Of a DNA stretch of 64,000 nt, positions 1-12,938 are shown piece after piece. The notes below the pieces were generated by a model that was not told the DNA's origin, made no database searches, and saw nothing but the letters and a program-made list of their open reading frames with translations. Position numbers and translations under genes: made by a program. Numbering within the stretch: position 1 is the first letter of the stretch; each line of letters starts with the position of its first letter. Origin of the DNA: Dendrobates tinctorius (Eukaryota); the NCBI RefSeq assembly GCF_039654945.1, contig NW_027361827.1, positions 1,550,001-1,614,000 of the forward strand, written 5' to 3'.

Positions 1-374
1 ATTTATACCAGCAAATAAAATAATTAAATGCACATTATACATGCGATCATGCTGCAGTGCAGGTACGCCACCTGCCTGCTGAAGTAGATTTTATTTTTCA
101 ATATATATAATATTTAGTATGTAAAATAGGGGGCAGGTTAGTGAGGGATCAGTGACCTGTCATAACCCATCAGTATAAATACCTAATCAGAGCACCACGT
201 GAAGACCCCCCCCCCCCCCCACAGGCCGCCCTGGAGCACGAGCATAACATTAACTGAAAATAAAGATTACACAAAAATCACAAGATAGATTTCAGTATCA
301 TTGTAATCAGTATAACGGCGCCGACCTGACACTGTGTGTCGGTTACTGTGCACAATCCTGCTGGCAGGTTTCGT
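1..374. mobile_element. Right part of a Kolobok/T2-MITE-like element
   Basis: Ends GGCAGGTTTCGT followed by TTAA, like the terminus of 39370-39970. Confidence 0.5.
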
Positions 375-1074
375 TTAACAAGATCGATGCATCCTTAGCT
401 GTCCGTTCTCGCCCAGTGTGATAAGCCATGCATGGCCAGATTGTACCATTGTAACAGCCATTGTGGACTCACATGGGTATGGCAGTGGCACTGGAAAGCT
501 CATTCACGAGCCAGCATGACCACCATCTACATCAGAATTTAGATTAGAACATGTCTTAACGTCTGTAATTATTTAGCAATCCTTAAAAACTGGTAAATCC
601 TGGAAAAATAAACATTAAAACACCTTGAAGCGTTTCTGACGTATCACATGCCCTTAGTCGTAAGCAAAGTTTGTCTATTGCAATCGGATAAATAAATGTT
701 GGGCCTGTGGGTTATCTGATTGCTAGGACCCTCCTTTAAGATCATGTGGTTGTCCATTCTTGGAATTGCAGTAGATTGCAGGGCATTTGATCTCCTGTCC
801 CAGGATTGAAGCGAATTATAGAGGTCAGATACTGAGCGTACATTTATGTCATATAATATTGATACTGTAAATGTGTGCCAACAGCCTCCACGTAACCAAT
901 TCTAAAACCAATTCCAGTTATTCCTGGCTATTCCACAAAGCGATTGTGTGTTTTAGTAGCAGGGTACATGGTTAGGCATTTGGGTATTTTGTACTGAACG
1001 TAAAGATTTATAGTGTTACTTTTATAGGTTTAGTGTTCGAAATGCCATAATAGATGCCATGTCTTAATTTGCAG

Positions 1075-1129
1075 AATGAAAATGTAGAGAATTTCAGATT
1101 GGTAGAAGTTCTTATGAGCAGCAAACAAG
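1075..1129 (+). CDS. DGKQ: DGKQ coding exon (NENVENFRLVEVLMSSKQ)
   Basis: ttgcag acceptor, gtaag donor; resembles human ESFQLVEVAM; phase 0 to 1. Confidence 0.9.
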
Positions 1130-2037
1130 GTAAGAAGCAACATATTTCTCTTCAAAGAGATGATGGACCCAGTTTTTTATGTAAATCTGAACTTTTAGGC
1201 CACATGCACACATTCAGTATTCGGTCAGTATTTGTAAGCCAAAACCAGGAGTGGGTGATAAATGCAGAATGTGTTTCCATTATACTTTTCCTCTGATTTT
1301 TCCTCACATGGTTTTGGCTTACACATACTAATGTTAAATACTGACAGTGTGACGGTGGCCTCAAAGCTAAAGAGCTCATTTATTATACAATATTCGATTT
1401 TATTTATAAACCTATGCAAAAACTGCTGGAGCTGTACCTGAAGCTGACCACACATGATGGAATGCGGTAACTAGTTACCAAAAAATACCATTGAAAGGGA
1501 ACCTGCCATTAGATTTATGCTGCCTGGACCCCGAAAAGGCTGAATCTGACAACATGACTACAGTCAGGTATGTTTCACCCTGAAACATTGTTGTTTCAGA
1601 GAAAACCTACCATAGTTTGCAAAGCCAGACTATAGGCATAGACAAGACTAGTCTATCACAGCTGCTTTTAGCGTTAGTATTATTATGGTGAAACTATGCT
1701 GCAGTGAGATCTAAAATAAAGTGTAATATAGAAGTATTGCCCATATTCAGAAGATGATTATTTCATGCTTTTTGTAGTGATACAAGGACCTCATCTGTTT
1801 TATTAAAGACATTCTATGATCCACAATAACTAATAATAACATAAAAAGGCATGACTGTTACAAAACATGGCATTACAGGGGTCACCCGGTCTAAATGAAT
1901 ACCTGCAGTCACTGCAGACTTGTGAATCTCCCCAGTACATGCACTGTGCGCTTTGAGGATTTGCCGTTTTCTGAGTCAGAACCTTTATTTTTTAGTTAAG
2001 CAGAACAATGATCTTTTTTGTCACTGTGTTTCCTTAG

Positions 2038-2099
2038 TGCAGAGAATGGTTCTGCCAGCTGAAGAGTTAATTCTGGACAGACTTCAAGACATACGGAAG
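2038..2099 (+). CDS. DGKQ: DGKQ coding exon (VQRMVLPAEELILDRLQDIRK)
   Basis: ccttag acceptor, gttagt donor; LDRLQDIR conserved. Confidence 0.93.
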
Positions 2100-2222
2100 G
2101 TTAGTAGTCTTTTCTAATCATGATAATGTCATGACTAAACAATCCGTTAGTAGTGAATTATTCAGAACCAGCAAACTTTCCCTTACAAATCTGGACAATT
2201 TGTGTAACTTTTTTCTTGTTAG

Positions 2223-2373
2223 ACTTCTATCCGGCAAATGAACCAGACCAGATTTTACTTAGAAGAAAACACAAAGCCTGATGTTAAAGTAGAACTCTTG
2301 CTCATTGGCCTACCAGTGTTACTTTCTAATGAGGAGTATAGCAATATATTGAAAGACAGCCTGGAAATAAAGG
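2223..2373 (+). CDS. DGKQ: DGKQ coding exon (TSIRQMNQTRFY...KDSLEIK)
   Basis: tgttag acceptor, gtgag donor; 151 nt open frame; QTRFY and EEYS conserved. Confidence 0.93.
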
Positions 2374-2879
2374 GTGAGCAGAATTTCTTATGGAATGAAA
2401 TGTAAAACTTTCTTGGTCTTCGATTTGGACAGAGAGATCATTGATCGCTTGTTAGAGATAATGACTTTAAAGAGCTCTGTTTGTGCGTTGAGGTCATCTG
2501 ATTTTAATGTGATCCTTTCTAAGGCCCATTAATGCAATCTAAGATGAGAAGAAGGCTGGGATTATAAGCTGACAGATTTCACTATGCTGACATGTACCAT
2601 TGGCTTTCACTGCACATTTAGGGACAAATATTGTATTAGTAAATCTAACGTCACCGGTAGAGGAGAGGTTCGATTCGCATGTTCCGTATCACCGTTCATG
2701 ATACTAATCTGTGACAGTAGAATGGACTAAACCCACTGCTCTTCTTTTGATTACCTGACCATGAGTGACACCACATGTGGGCCATACTGCAGGAATGATG
2801 GTGATCCAGGAAGGCTAATCAAAAGAAGAGCCACAGATGTGCTCAGGTAAGAGGTGGTTCTCACAAGTCCCGTCTAGTG

Positions 2880-3880
2880 GCCAGAGAACTGTAACTTTTT
2901 AAATTTTCCATCCGCATAGATGTGTGAGGGCTTGTTTTTTGCAGGACGAGTTAGATTAGATTTCAATAACACCATTCATTTTGCCATATAACATACTGAA
3001 GCTCAGGAAAAAGTTCCAAGTGTAATAGTGAAAAAAATGCAATTACGCCATCGGTTTTTCGGTTTTATTTTTGCGGCGTTTGTTGCGCAGTAAAGGTGAC
3101 CTGGAAACATGATTGTCCACGTCAGTACCATAGCAGTGATGCTAAACATGCATTGATCTTTTTTTTTTATGCTTGTATCCCCATTCCAAGACCTATAACA
3201 AATTTGTTTTTGCTGGAGTTTAGTGAGGGTTTGCTGTTTGTATAGTGAGTTTACCAATTTCATATTCAAATGATGGTTTGATTACGTATTACATTTTTTT
3301 TTTACTCCTTCCCAACATATGATGTACATTTGCTTTATATGTCGTGTCCCTGTCTTTGATGTGGGTTTTCCTGGCCAGTTGATTGCATTAGCCATCATGT
3401 GCCTGTTAACAGCCACAGGTTGAGCGGTGCTCTACACAGGGCTGTTTAACTTGTTAAATACCGCTATCAAACTGACATCCACATTTAACACATGCCGGTA
3501 AGGGGCCCTGTTGGCACCCATGAAGTGATCACGGGGCACCGATGGGTTGCCATGAAAGTCGAAGGTCTGCTGAAGACCTCTGTGCTTTTCATGACAATTC
3601 TCCTATGAAAGCCAGCCTGTAGCTAGCGTTCACCGGAGACCATGATTTTAGCTATAGGTAGCAGTGATGATGTACTGCTATATATAGTACAAGTAATCAT
3701 CTGATCACAGCTTCAAGTCCCCTAATGGGACTAACAGATACAGTAAATAAACAATGTAAATATATAAAAAAAAATTTGTGTAATTGCACTTTTTTGCAAT
3801 TTCAATGCACTTGGATTTATTTCCCCACTTTACAATACATCACATGATAAAATGAATGGTGTTATTATTCAAAAGTACAA
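2880..3880. mobile_element. Decayed internal fragment of the piggyBac-like non-autonomous family
   Basis: Reverse complement resembles internal sequence near 25700-26700 and 58600-59050 (for example gggcttgttttttgcaggacgagtt). Confidence 0.55.
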
Positions 3881-4155
3881 GTCAGCCTATAGCTGATCTT
3901 TACAGGAGTGCTGACAAAGTAGCAACAGGGGTCTTCTGCAGTCCTGTGGCGGTCAAAGTAACCCATTGGTCCACCTGGGATCGCATTGTGCAGGGCCAGT
4001 GGGATCTCAGGGACTCCTGTTCTTATGACTGTTGGAACATCCAGCAGTCATTCTTTTATCATCTATGCTGTGGATGGATTGCTTCACTTATTTAGTTACA
4101 AACCAACTTTAATATTTAATGTGTATAATTTTGAAATGTCTTGCTTTCTTTACAG

Positions 4156-4194
4156 AAAATGTGGTTACTGTCATTCCAGCTTATGCTCCTCAAG
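4156..4194 (+). CDS. DGKQ: DGKQ 39-nt coding exon (ENVVTVIPAYAPQG)
   Basis: tttacag acceptor, gtaatg donor; phase 1-1; fills the gap equivalent to human TVVSVSHIYSSQG. Confidence 0.85.
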
Positions 4195-4281
4195 GTAATG
4201 TACCGTTTAGAATGTAGCCTTTCCTATGTGAAATTTCTATAGTTGCCTGGCAAGGCATTGTAAAATTTTAAGTGCATAATA

Positions 4282-4466
4282 CAGTGGCATGTAAAAGTTT
4301 GGGCACCCCTGGTGAAAATAACTTATTGTGAACAGTTAAGCAAGATGAAAAATAAATGATCTCTAAAAGGGCTAAAGGTAAAGATGACACATTTCCTTTG
4401 TACTTTAGCAAAAATATATATATTTTTTCCTTTTTGTAATTTTTACAATATATATAAGATGAAAAA

Positions 4467-4512
<46 letters not shown>

Positions 4513-4654
4513 ATTTTTTTTTTGTCTAAAATGCAAAGGAAATGTGTCACCTTTAAATTTGGGCCTGTAAGCGATCATTTCTTCTTCAACTAACTTAACT
4601 GTTCACAATAACCGTATTTTTGACCAGGGGTGCCCAAACTTTTACATGCCACTA
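4282..4654. mobile_element. Tc1-derived MITE consisting of two long TIRs around a (TA)n tract
   Basis: TA-CAGTGGCATGTAAAAGTTTGGGCACCCCTGGT ... ACCAGGGGTGCCCAAACTTTTACATGCCACTA-TA. Confidence 0.88.
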
Positions 4655-4887
4655 TATGTTTTGGCATATTTCCTTGCTTTGTGTCTGAATATACACCTAT
4701 AAAATCACATGGTGCAGTCTTGTAGCAAACAACTAAAGGCTAAAAAGCTGCCAAATAATTTCAGGTAGAAGACCAAAAAGTTTATGAAGCCTATATAATG
4801 CTTTGAACATACTATATATCACATGGCAAAAAGTAACATAGCAGCAAAGGACAGAAGCTACACTTAATGCTAAGTATTTATCAGTAA

Positions 4888-5265
4888 AGCCTCCATCTCA
4901 CATAGCGAGATCGCTGTTGCGTCACCGATTTTGTGACGCAACAGCGATCTTGCTACGTGTGACACACAGCGGCGATTGGGCCCCTGCTGCGATGTCGCTG
5001 ATCGTGCACGAATATCCCAGGCCATTTTTTGATCGCTGGTGTCCCGCTGGCCAGCATGCATCGCTGTGTTTGACAGGGACAACAACGAACGACCTCAATA
5101 CTACAGGTCTGAGAGACCGTTGTATCTTCCGTATCGTTGCTGCGTGGCTGGTGATATCTGACTGTTTGACATCTCACCAGCAACCTCGTAGCGACGCACC
5201 AGCGATCCCTACCAGGTCGCATCGTTGTCGGGATTGCTGGTGCGTCGCCAAGTGTGACGGTACCC
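4888..5265. mobile_element. PIF/Harbinger-like palindromic MITE (ATCGCT/AGCGAT-rich family)
   Basis: Ends GTGTGACGGTACCC-TTA; similar to 6145, 22117 and 37578 copies. Confidence 0.75.
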
Positions 5266-5705
5266 TTAGATATTGGAGTGTTGTTTATCACATGTACAAA
5301 ATGTTATACATGCTCGTAGTTGGAAATAAGTAGATTACATATGCCCAAACTGTCCTTCTCTGCTAGGATGACCCCATTCCAGTATGGAAATACCCTAAAT
5401 TCATTGTCCAGCCCACACAGCTTCACAGCTGCAGAGGCCTCCTAACTGCCATGACAACCCTTTGGCTCTCCCAGATTCACAGGGGGCCATTAAGAGCCAG
5501 TGCATGCACACTGTTACTGCAAGGTGCCAGCTGTGTCTGGCATCTTCCAGGTATGGTGCGGATTCAGAGCCCGAGCCTGCTCTGTACATGGGAATCTGAC
5601 ATTTGACGTATCTGTATGTCACATATCAGGAAGGGGTTAATGAGAAAAGTCAGACGCTGTCCAAATATTTGTAGAATTTTTGACTATTTTATATATTTTT
5701 TCCAG

Positions 5706-5821
5706 GTGCTGTTGTGTTGCAGATCTCCTGTTTTTCTGAGGCGGAGCGAATATTTATGCTAGCAAAAGACACTACTGTTAACAACAAGCAGCTAACGGCT
5801 ACTATAATCCCACATATCAGG
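5706..5821 (+). CDS. DGKQ: DGKQ coding exon (GAVVLQISCFSEAERIFML...IIPHIR)
   Basis: ttccag acceptor, gtacga donor; resembles GAVVLDVACFAEAERLYML. Confidence 0.94.
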
Positions 5822-6144
5822 GTACGAGTCTCTGCGTCGGATAGGGACAATGCTTGTTTATTTGTGACCTCGGTTACTTATTTCCAAAGAGATGAAAATT
5901 GTCTTTAATTAGAGTTAGCTTTTGCAAACCTTAGTAAGCTTAGTTGTCATCTTAATGGCTATTATTTAAAAAAATCATTTTTACGTGATACGTGAACGCT
6001 TGGATCAGCACAGCATTCCAAGTATTTAAATCTTATGGTGTATTGCTGGGCTGTATCTCTGTAAATAGGCTGTTCTGAAAAAATGTTTCCTGTGAAGAGG
6101 AGCATGTAAACCTGTGTCTTGGTAAGACGTTCTGTACAGAGTAA

Positions 6145-6512
6145 AGGGGGTTTTACACTAAGCGATATCGCTAGCAATATCATTAAAACGTCACTGGTTG
6201 TTATATGGGTTTGTGATACTTACCAACGACCGGCTCCCCCGCTGTCCATCGCTGATCGCGCGAGAATGTCCGGCTCCATTTCTCGTCGGGCGCTTCCTGC
6301 TGAGACTTCCTGCTGTGACGACAAGCGACGCGTGGAGGCGGGCGGGAGGACGTTAGGATCGCTGTGTGTGAAAGGTGAGTATCGTCCGCTGCGTCGCTGC
6401 TGCATCGCTGTGAGATCTTTCTGTATGAAAGCTCACTAGCGATCATTTAGCGATGCACCAGCGATCCTGACCGGGTCGGATCGCTGGTGCATCGCTAAAT
6501 GTAAAAGGGCCT
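6145..6512. mobile_element. PIF/Harbinger-like MITE
   Basis: TAA/TTA flanks, TTTTACA..AGCGAT TIRs; internal sequence shared with 22117-22486. Confidence 0.8.
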
Positions 6513-6749
6513 TTAGATTAAGGACATCTCTTTAGAAAATTGTTAAAAAAAAAAAAATTGGGAGCATACTAACCCAACTATTAACCGATAAGGAAACATT
6601 ACTATCACTTGTTTTTGCTGGAGTAGGGAGGTAAAGCTTCTACACCAAGCTTAAATGCTAACATAAAGACTGTAACAGTGATGCCTTCAGGCCCTGTATC
6701 TGTCAGTTACTTTCTGTCCTTCCGTGTGAATGAATAACATACATGAATT

Positions 6750-7201
6750 GTGCCTTGCCACAATTCTGTCTCTGAGCTCCTTAGCCAGTTCCTTTGACCT
6801 CATGATTCACGTTTGGTCTAACATGCACTGTGAGCTGTGAAGTCTTACATAGACAAGTGAGTGCCTTTCCAAATCAAGTCCTATCAGTTTAATTAAACAG
6901 AGCTTGACTCCAATGAAGGAGTAGAACCATCTCAAGGAGGATCACAAGGAAATGGACAGCATGTGACTTCAATAAGAGTGTCTGAGCAAAGGGTCTGAAT
7001 ACTTATGACCATTTCATAGTTCAGTTTTTCTTTTTTAATAAATTTGCAAAAATTTCTACATTTCTGTTTTTTTCAGTCAAGATGGGGTGCAGAGTGTACA
7101 TTAATGAGGAAAAAAATGAACTTTCTTGAATTTACCAAATGGCTGCAATGAAACAAAGAGTGAAAAATGTAAAGGGGTCTGAATACTTTCCGTACCCACT
7201 G
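6750..7201 (-). mobile_element. 5' fragment of a Tc1 element
   Basis: Minus strand begins CAGTGGGTACGGAAAGTATTCAGACCCC; transposase start MRSKELAKELRDRIVARH from 6803. Confidence 0.85.
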
Positions 7202-7203
7202 TA

Positions 7204-8853
7204 CAGTCATATGTTAAAGTTTGGGCACCCCTATTAATGTTAACCTTTTTTCTTTATAACAGTTTTGGTTTTTGCAACAGCTATTTCAGTTTCATATATC
7301 TAATACCTGATGGACTCAGTTATATTTCTGGATTCAAATGAGGTTTATTGTACTAACAGAAAATGTGCAATCTGCATTTTAACAAAATTTGACCAGTGCA
7401 AAAGTATGGGCACCTCAACATAAAAGTGACATTAATATTTTGTAGATCCTCCTTTTGCAAAAATAACAGCCTCTAGTCGCTTCCTGTAGCTATTAATGAG
7501 TTCCTGGATCCTGGATGAAGATATTTGTGACCATTCCTGTTTACAAAACAATTCCAGCTCAGTTAAGTTTGATGGTCGCCGAGCATGGACAGCCCGCTTC
7601 AAATCATCCCACAGATGTTCAGTGATATTCAGGTCTGGGGACTGGGATGGCCATTCCAGAACATTGTAATTGTTCCTCTGCATGAATGCCTGAGTAGATT
7701 TGGAGCGGTGTTTTGGATCATTGTCTTGCTGAAATATCCATCCCCATGCGTAACTTTAACTTCGTCACTGATTCTTGCACATTATTGTCAAGAATCTGCT
7801 GATACTGAGTTGAATCCATGCGACCCTCAACTTTAACAAGATTCCCGGTATCGGCATTGGCCACACAGCCCCAAAGCATGATGGAACCTCCACCAAATTT
7901 TACTGTGGGTAGCAAGTGTTTTTCTTGGAATGCTGTGTTTTTTAGCCTCCATGCATAACGCCTTTTTGTATGACCAAACAACTCAATCTTTGTTTCATCA
8001 GTCCACAGGACCTTCTTCCAAAATGTAACCGGCTTGTCCAAATGTGCTTTTGCATACCTCAGGCGACTCGGTTTGTGGCGTGCTTGCTGAAACGGCTTCT
8101 TTCGCATCACTCTCCCATACAGCTTCTCCTTGTGCAAAGTGCGCTGTATTGTTGACCGATGCACAGTGACACCATCTGCAGCAAGATGATGCTGCAGGTC
8201 TTTGGAGGTGGTCTGTGGATTGTCCTTGACTGTTCTCACCATTCTTCTTCTCTGCCTTTCTGATATTTTTCTTGGCCTGCCACTTCTGGGCTTAACAAGA
8301 ACTGTACCTGTGTTCTTCCATTTCCTTACTATGTTCCTCACAGTGGAAACTTACAGGTTAAATCTCTGAGACAACTTTTTGTATCCTTCCCCTGAAAAGC
8401 TATGTTGAATAATCTTTGTTTTCAGATCATTTGAGAGTTGTTTTGAGGAGCCCATGATGCCACTCTTCATAGGAGAATCAAATAGGAGAACTACTGGCAA
8501 GTGGCCACCTTAAATACCTTTTCTCATGATTTGATACACCTGGCTATGAAGTTCAAAGCTCAATGAGGTTACAAAACCAATTTAGTGCTACAGGAAGTCA
8601 GTAAAAAGTAGTTAGGAGTGTTCAAATCAAGAAAATGATAAGGGTGCCCATACTTTTGCACAGGTCAAATTTTGTTTAAATGCAGATTGCACGTTTTCTG
8701 TTAGTACAATAAACCTCATTTGAATCCAGAAATATAACTGAGTCCATCAGTTATTAGATATATGAAACTGAAATACCTGTTGCAAAAAACAACATTGTTA
8801 TAAAGAAAAAAGGTTAACAATAATAGGGGTGCCCAAACTTTAACATATGACTG
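7204..8853 (-). mobile_element. Full-length Tc1-family DD34E transposon, IR/DR type
   Basis: TA flanks; about 210-bp TIRs starting CAGTCATATGTTAAAGTTTGGGCACCCC, with inner direct repeats. Confidence 0.96.
7432..8455 (-). pseudogene. Tc1 transposase with one premature stop (8351-8353) and one +1 frameshift (near 7745)
   Basis: MGSSKQLSNDLK..., GRPRK, WTDETK, QDNDPKH, SPDLNITE; 34 residues between D2 and E. Confidence 0.93.
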
Positions 8854-10279
8854 TATTTTAGATCAGATTTCCTGTCATTTACGAGAGGCTTCTGCATTAG
8901 GTTTCACTTAACTACTTTCACTTTGTGTATGTAGTTTTTTTCTACTCTACTTCCTTGCTGTTGTAGATTTGACCTTGATAGATGTTATCTGACTTTAGTT
9001 ACATGCATTATACAAAGAATGGTTGCACTCTATCATGCTAAGGCATATCAATGTGGAATATATGTAATTAGAATTGCAATACAGCTTTAGAATTATAGAA
9101 AAAAATATGAGACTCTCAGCATAAAATTTGGCCAAATATTATCTGCCCACCAGATAATATTTGGCCACCAAATTTTAGTGCAACCATTCTTTGTATATTG
9201 TATATGGGGGTAGCTCCTCTTGGTATGCACCTATTCACATTAGTTTGGATGTGCCAGTCAGTTTTTTTTGTCTCTCTTTAGTTACATCCAGTAACACAGT
9301 TTACCACAGGGGGCAGCAGTGTTGTTGAAGTTATTGAATTATTGCAGATTTCTTAGAAGCTAAGTTTTAATGAAACATTTCTCTTTGTGCCCTTCATGCA
9401 AGCTCAAAACCAATATCCAAGAGATCCATAATCCAGCATTTATTACAGGTTTTATCTACTTCTGACATTCATACTTTACATTCAGAGCATATACTGAATG
9501 GAGCTGGCACAGCTTGATGATCATGTAGTGAACACCTAATGTAGTATCATAGTCGTAAAAATAAAGATTTTGAAAGGCTCTCTTCATATCATATTTTTAC
9601 CACACATCAGTGGCGCTATTTGGGCTTCCACTTGAAAAATGGGATGAAGACATATGAATTTGCCAACAGGGCCATAGACTTTGACGAACCAGAGTCGATT
9701 TATGGTCTGACCTAATTTTTGGTTGTGGCTTTTGGAGGCATGCACAGAGCACAGTTGAACTTGCTTTTGTGCCCACTTCAACGGCTGCCATGAACAAAAA
9801 ATTAGGTCAGACAGATCAAAAAGTGTCTCCACTTGTTTTATTAAAGTCAGTGGCCACATTGGCAGATACATCTGTACCGTTTTTCAGGCTTCAGACCGAA
9901 TCCCTGACAGAGCCACTGTCACGTGGCAAAAACGTGGTCCCGGCTTAAAGCTTTTAAACTAGTCCATACGTTTGTGATGCCTGTTATTCCTCCCTATTCT
10001 ATCCTAAACATGGCGCTTGCCCTAATGAGCATTATATTTTATTATTGGAGAGGGGGATATAAGCTAGACCACTCAGCATCATCTTATCTCCTGCAGTAAC
10101 AATTCATTGAGCAGGGCGAAATCCAACATGCCTGATCCGGATTTCCCCTGACTACTGCTGCCAAAAAATAGTTCAGAGACCCACATACACATTAGATAGT
10201 CAGTTGATCCTGATGAAAATATCTAGTTGCATCAAATGTTGTCTGAAGTGTATTGTCAGCTTAAAGAATCTCTCTAGAA

Positions 10280-12298
10280 CAGGGATGTCAGACTCAAATT
10301 CACAGAGGGCCAACATTAAAAACTTGGATAAAGTCGCGGGCCGACCTTGTTATTTATTTAAAAAATATCTACAATTGAAGAAGATTTTTCGTTATCAAAT
10401 ATAAGAATGTACCTTTTAGTATGGAAACAAACTTGAAGGGGTTGTGAGATGCACAAAATACATTTTCATTAATAGATCTTAGAATAACTTAATCACAAAA
10501 GGGGCATACCGGAATAATATGTTATCTAAGAGCAGCAAAAAGCATATGGCTGAATGGCCGAAGTTCAATTTGTAATAACAAAGGGTAAAAAAGACTTTAA
10601 TAAATAGTACAGGTAGTAAAGTATAATGACAACTATAATGCCAACAAAAGTGACCCCAAACACAGTATGATATCCCCACAATGAATTCCTCCAAAGTACC
10701 CGCCACACACATGGTATGATGACCCTATTGCACCCCCCCTCAACCTTCCTGACAAAAAATGGTGGCACCAACACAGTATGATGCCCCAACTGTCATCCCC
10801 ACATAGCATTACACACAGTATATTGGGCCCCATAGTCCTCCATGCAATATAATGGGCCCCACATAGTTCTCCATGCAATATAATGGGCCCCACAGTCTTC
10901 CATGCAATATAATGGGCCCCACATAGTCCTCCATGCAATATAATGGGCCCCACATAGTCCTCTATGCAATATAATGGGCCCCGCATAGTCTTTCATGCAA
11001 TATAATGGGCCCCACATAGTCCTCAATGCAATATAATAGGCCCCACATAGTCCTCCATGCAATATAATGGGCCCCACATAGTCTTTCATGCAATATAATG
11101 GGCCCCACATAGTCCTCCATGCAATATAATGGGCCCTGCATAGTCTTTCATGCAATAGAACAGGCCCCAAATAGTCCTCCATGCAATATAATGGGCTCCA
11201 CATAGTCCTCCATGCAATGTAATGGGCCCCACATAGTCCTCCATGCAATATCATGGGCCCCACATAGTCTTCCATGCAATATCATGAGCCCCACATTGTC
11301 CTCCATGCAATATCATGGGCCCCACATAGTCCTTTATGCAATATAATGGGCCCCACATAGTCCTCCATGCAATATAATGAGACCCACCTAGTCCTCCATG
11401 CAATATAATGGGCTCCACATAGTCCTCCATGCAATATAATGGGACCCACATAGTCCTCTATGCAATATAATGGGCCCCACATAATCCTCCATGCAATATA
11501 ATGGGCCCCACATAGTCCTCCATGCAATATAATGGGCCCTGCATAGTCTTTCATGCAATATAACAGGCCCCAAATAGTCCTCCATGCAATATAATGGGCT
11601 CCACATAGTCCTCCATGCAATGTAATGGGCCCCACATAGTCCTCCATGCAATATCATGGGCCCCACATAGTCTTCCATGCAATATCATGAGCCCCACATT
11701 GTCCTCCATGCAATATCATGGGCCCCACATAGTCCTTTATGCAATATAATGGGCCCCACATAGTCCTCCATGCAATATAATGAGACCCACATAGTCCTCC
11801 ATGCAATATAATGGGCTCCACATAGTCCTCCATGCAATATAATGGGACCCACATAGTCCTCTATGCAATATAATGGGCCCCACATAGTCCTCCATGCAAT
11901 ATAATGGGCCCCACATAATCCTCCATACAGTACAAGGAGCCCGACAGTCGTCCATACAGTACAATTACCCCATATAGTCCTCTGTAAAGTATAATAGTCC
12001 TCACGTTAAAAAAAATAATTAGCCACCTATCCTTGTTTCCCTGCTGCTCAGGTCTCTGCAGCTAGTCCTCTGAAGCTCTGCACTGCTCGGTCCAGCGGGT
12101 GTGAAATAGTGATGTCATTGCTTCCACTGTACTGAGATGTCAGATGCAGAGGAAGAATGATGGAAGGAGGGGACAACTCCCTCTTCCATCATTGCTTGAA
12201 ACTGAATTTGCATCCAGGATGCCGATGCATTTGAAAGTGTGCTGTCCATGTGGCTGGCGAAATATAATCACCCTGTGGGTCAGACTTTGACATGTGTG
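10280..12298. mobile_element. Non-autonomous hAT (Charlie-like) element carrying a minisatellite
   Basis: CAGGGATGTCA...TGACATGTGTG termini; 8-bp TSD CTCTAGAA/CTTTAGAA fits the NTCTAGAN preference. Confidence 0.8.
10800..11990. repeat. 31-bp minisatellite (GGGCCCCACATAGTCCTCCATGCAATATAAT)n, about 37 copies
   Basis: Direct tandem units; 403-bp higher-order duplication. Confidence 0.97.
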
Positions 12299-12786
12299 CT
12301 TTAGAACATATGGTGCAATGACGTAAAAAATAAAGGTTACATTCACTGTTACCTAATCCTGCAGCAATATCTGTTGATTCATTTTGGAATACGGTAGCTT
12401 TTTTTTTTTTTTTTTTTTACAGAGGATGCTCTGCCTACCCAGTGTGCATGGTAGTATGATGAAGCCAGTTTAGTAAAGCAGTCAATGATACATTAGGAAA
12501 TTCTACTCGCCTGGTAAGATTGAAGTGTATATGAGCCGACCATGCAGTTACAAGCAGCTTTTGCCCTGTAGTTTAGGTTTTGTAGTAAATTAGGACAGTT
12601 TTATCTTGTGTCATGCATGAACTTTTCACATCTTTCCTTGAATGGTTTAATGGCTTATACGACAGGACTAAGTGTCAGGTAAGTTCTTCTGGTGGGCGAC
12701 CTTCACTACTGTAGTAAATATATTCCTGATTAGCTTATCTATAATATGTTTTAATTTAACTGTTTCTTTTTTTGTTTGTTTTTTAG

Positions 12787-12938
12787 CATGAAAAATTACC
12801 TCCGACTTCCTGCCCTCTTCTAGTATTTGTCAACCCTAAGAGCGGAGGTCTCAAGGGCCGTGATCTGCTCTGCAGTTTTCGCAAACTGTTGAATCCACAT
12901 CAGGTTTTTGAACTGACAAACGGAGGTCCTCTCCCCGG
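12787..12938 (+). CDS. DGKQ: DGKQ coding exon, start of catalytic domain ([21 protein letters not shown]...GGPLPG)
   Basis: ttttag acceptor, gtatgt donor; DAGKc motif. Confidence 0.97.

Noticed and set aside
3890-4090. GC-richer intronic segment that could be an alternative exon
   Set aside because: No similarity to DGK-theta, and the flanking exons already join in frame
10633-11964. Overlapping minus-strand ORFs with repeating MEDYVGPIILHGGLCGAHYIAWRTMWGPLYC; array superficially CRISPR-like
   Set aside because: Translation of a stop-free 31-bp unit cycling through three frames; no unique spacers, no cas genes, vertebrate context
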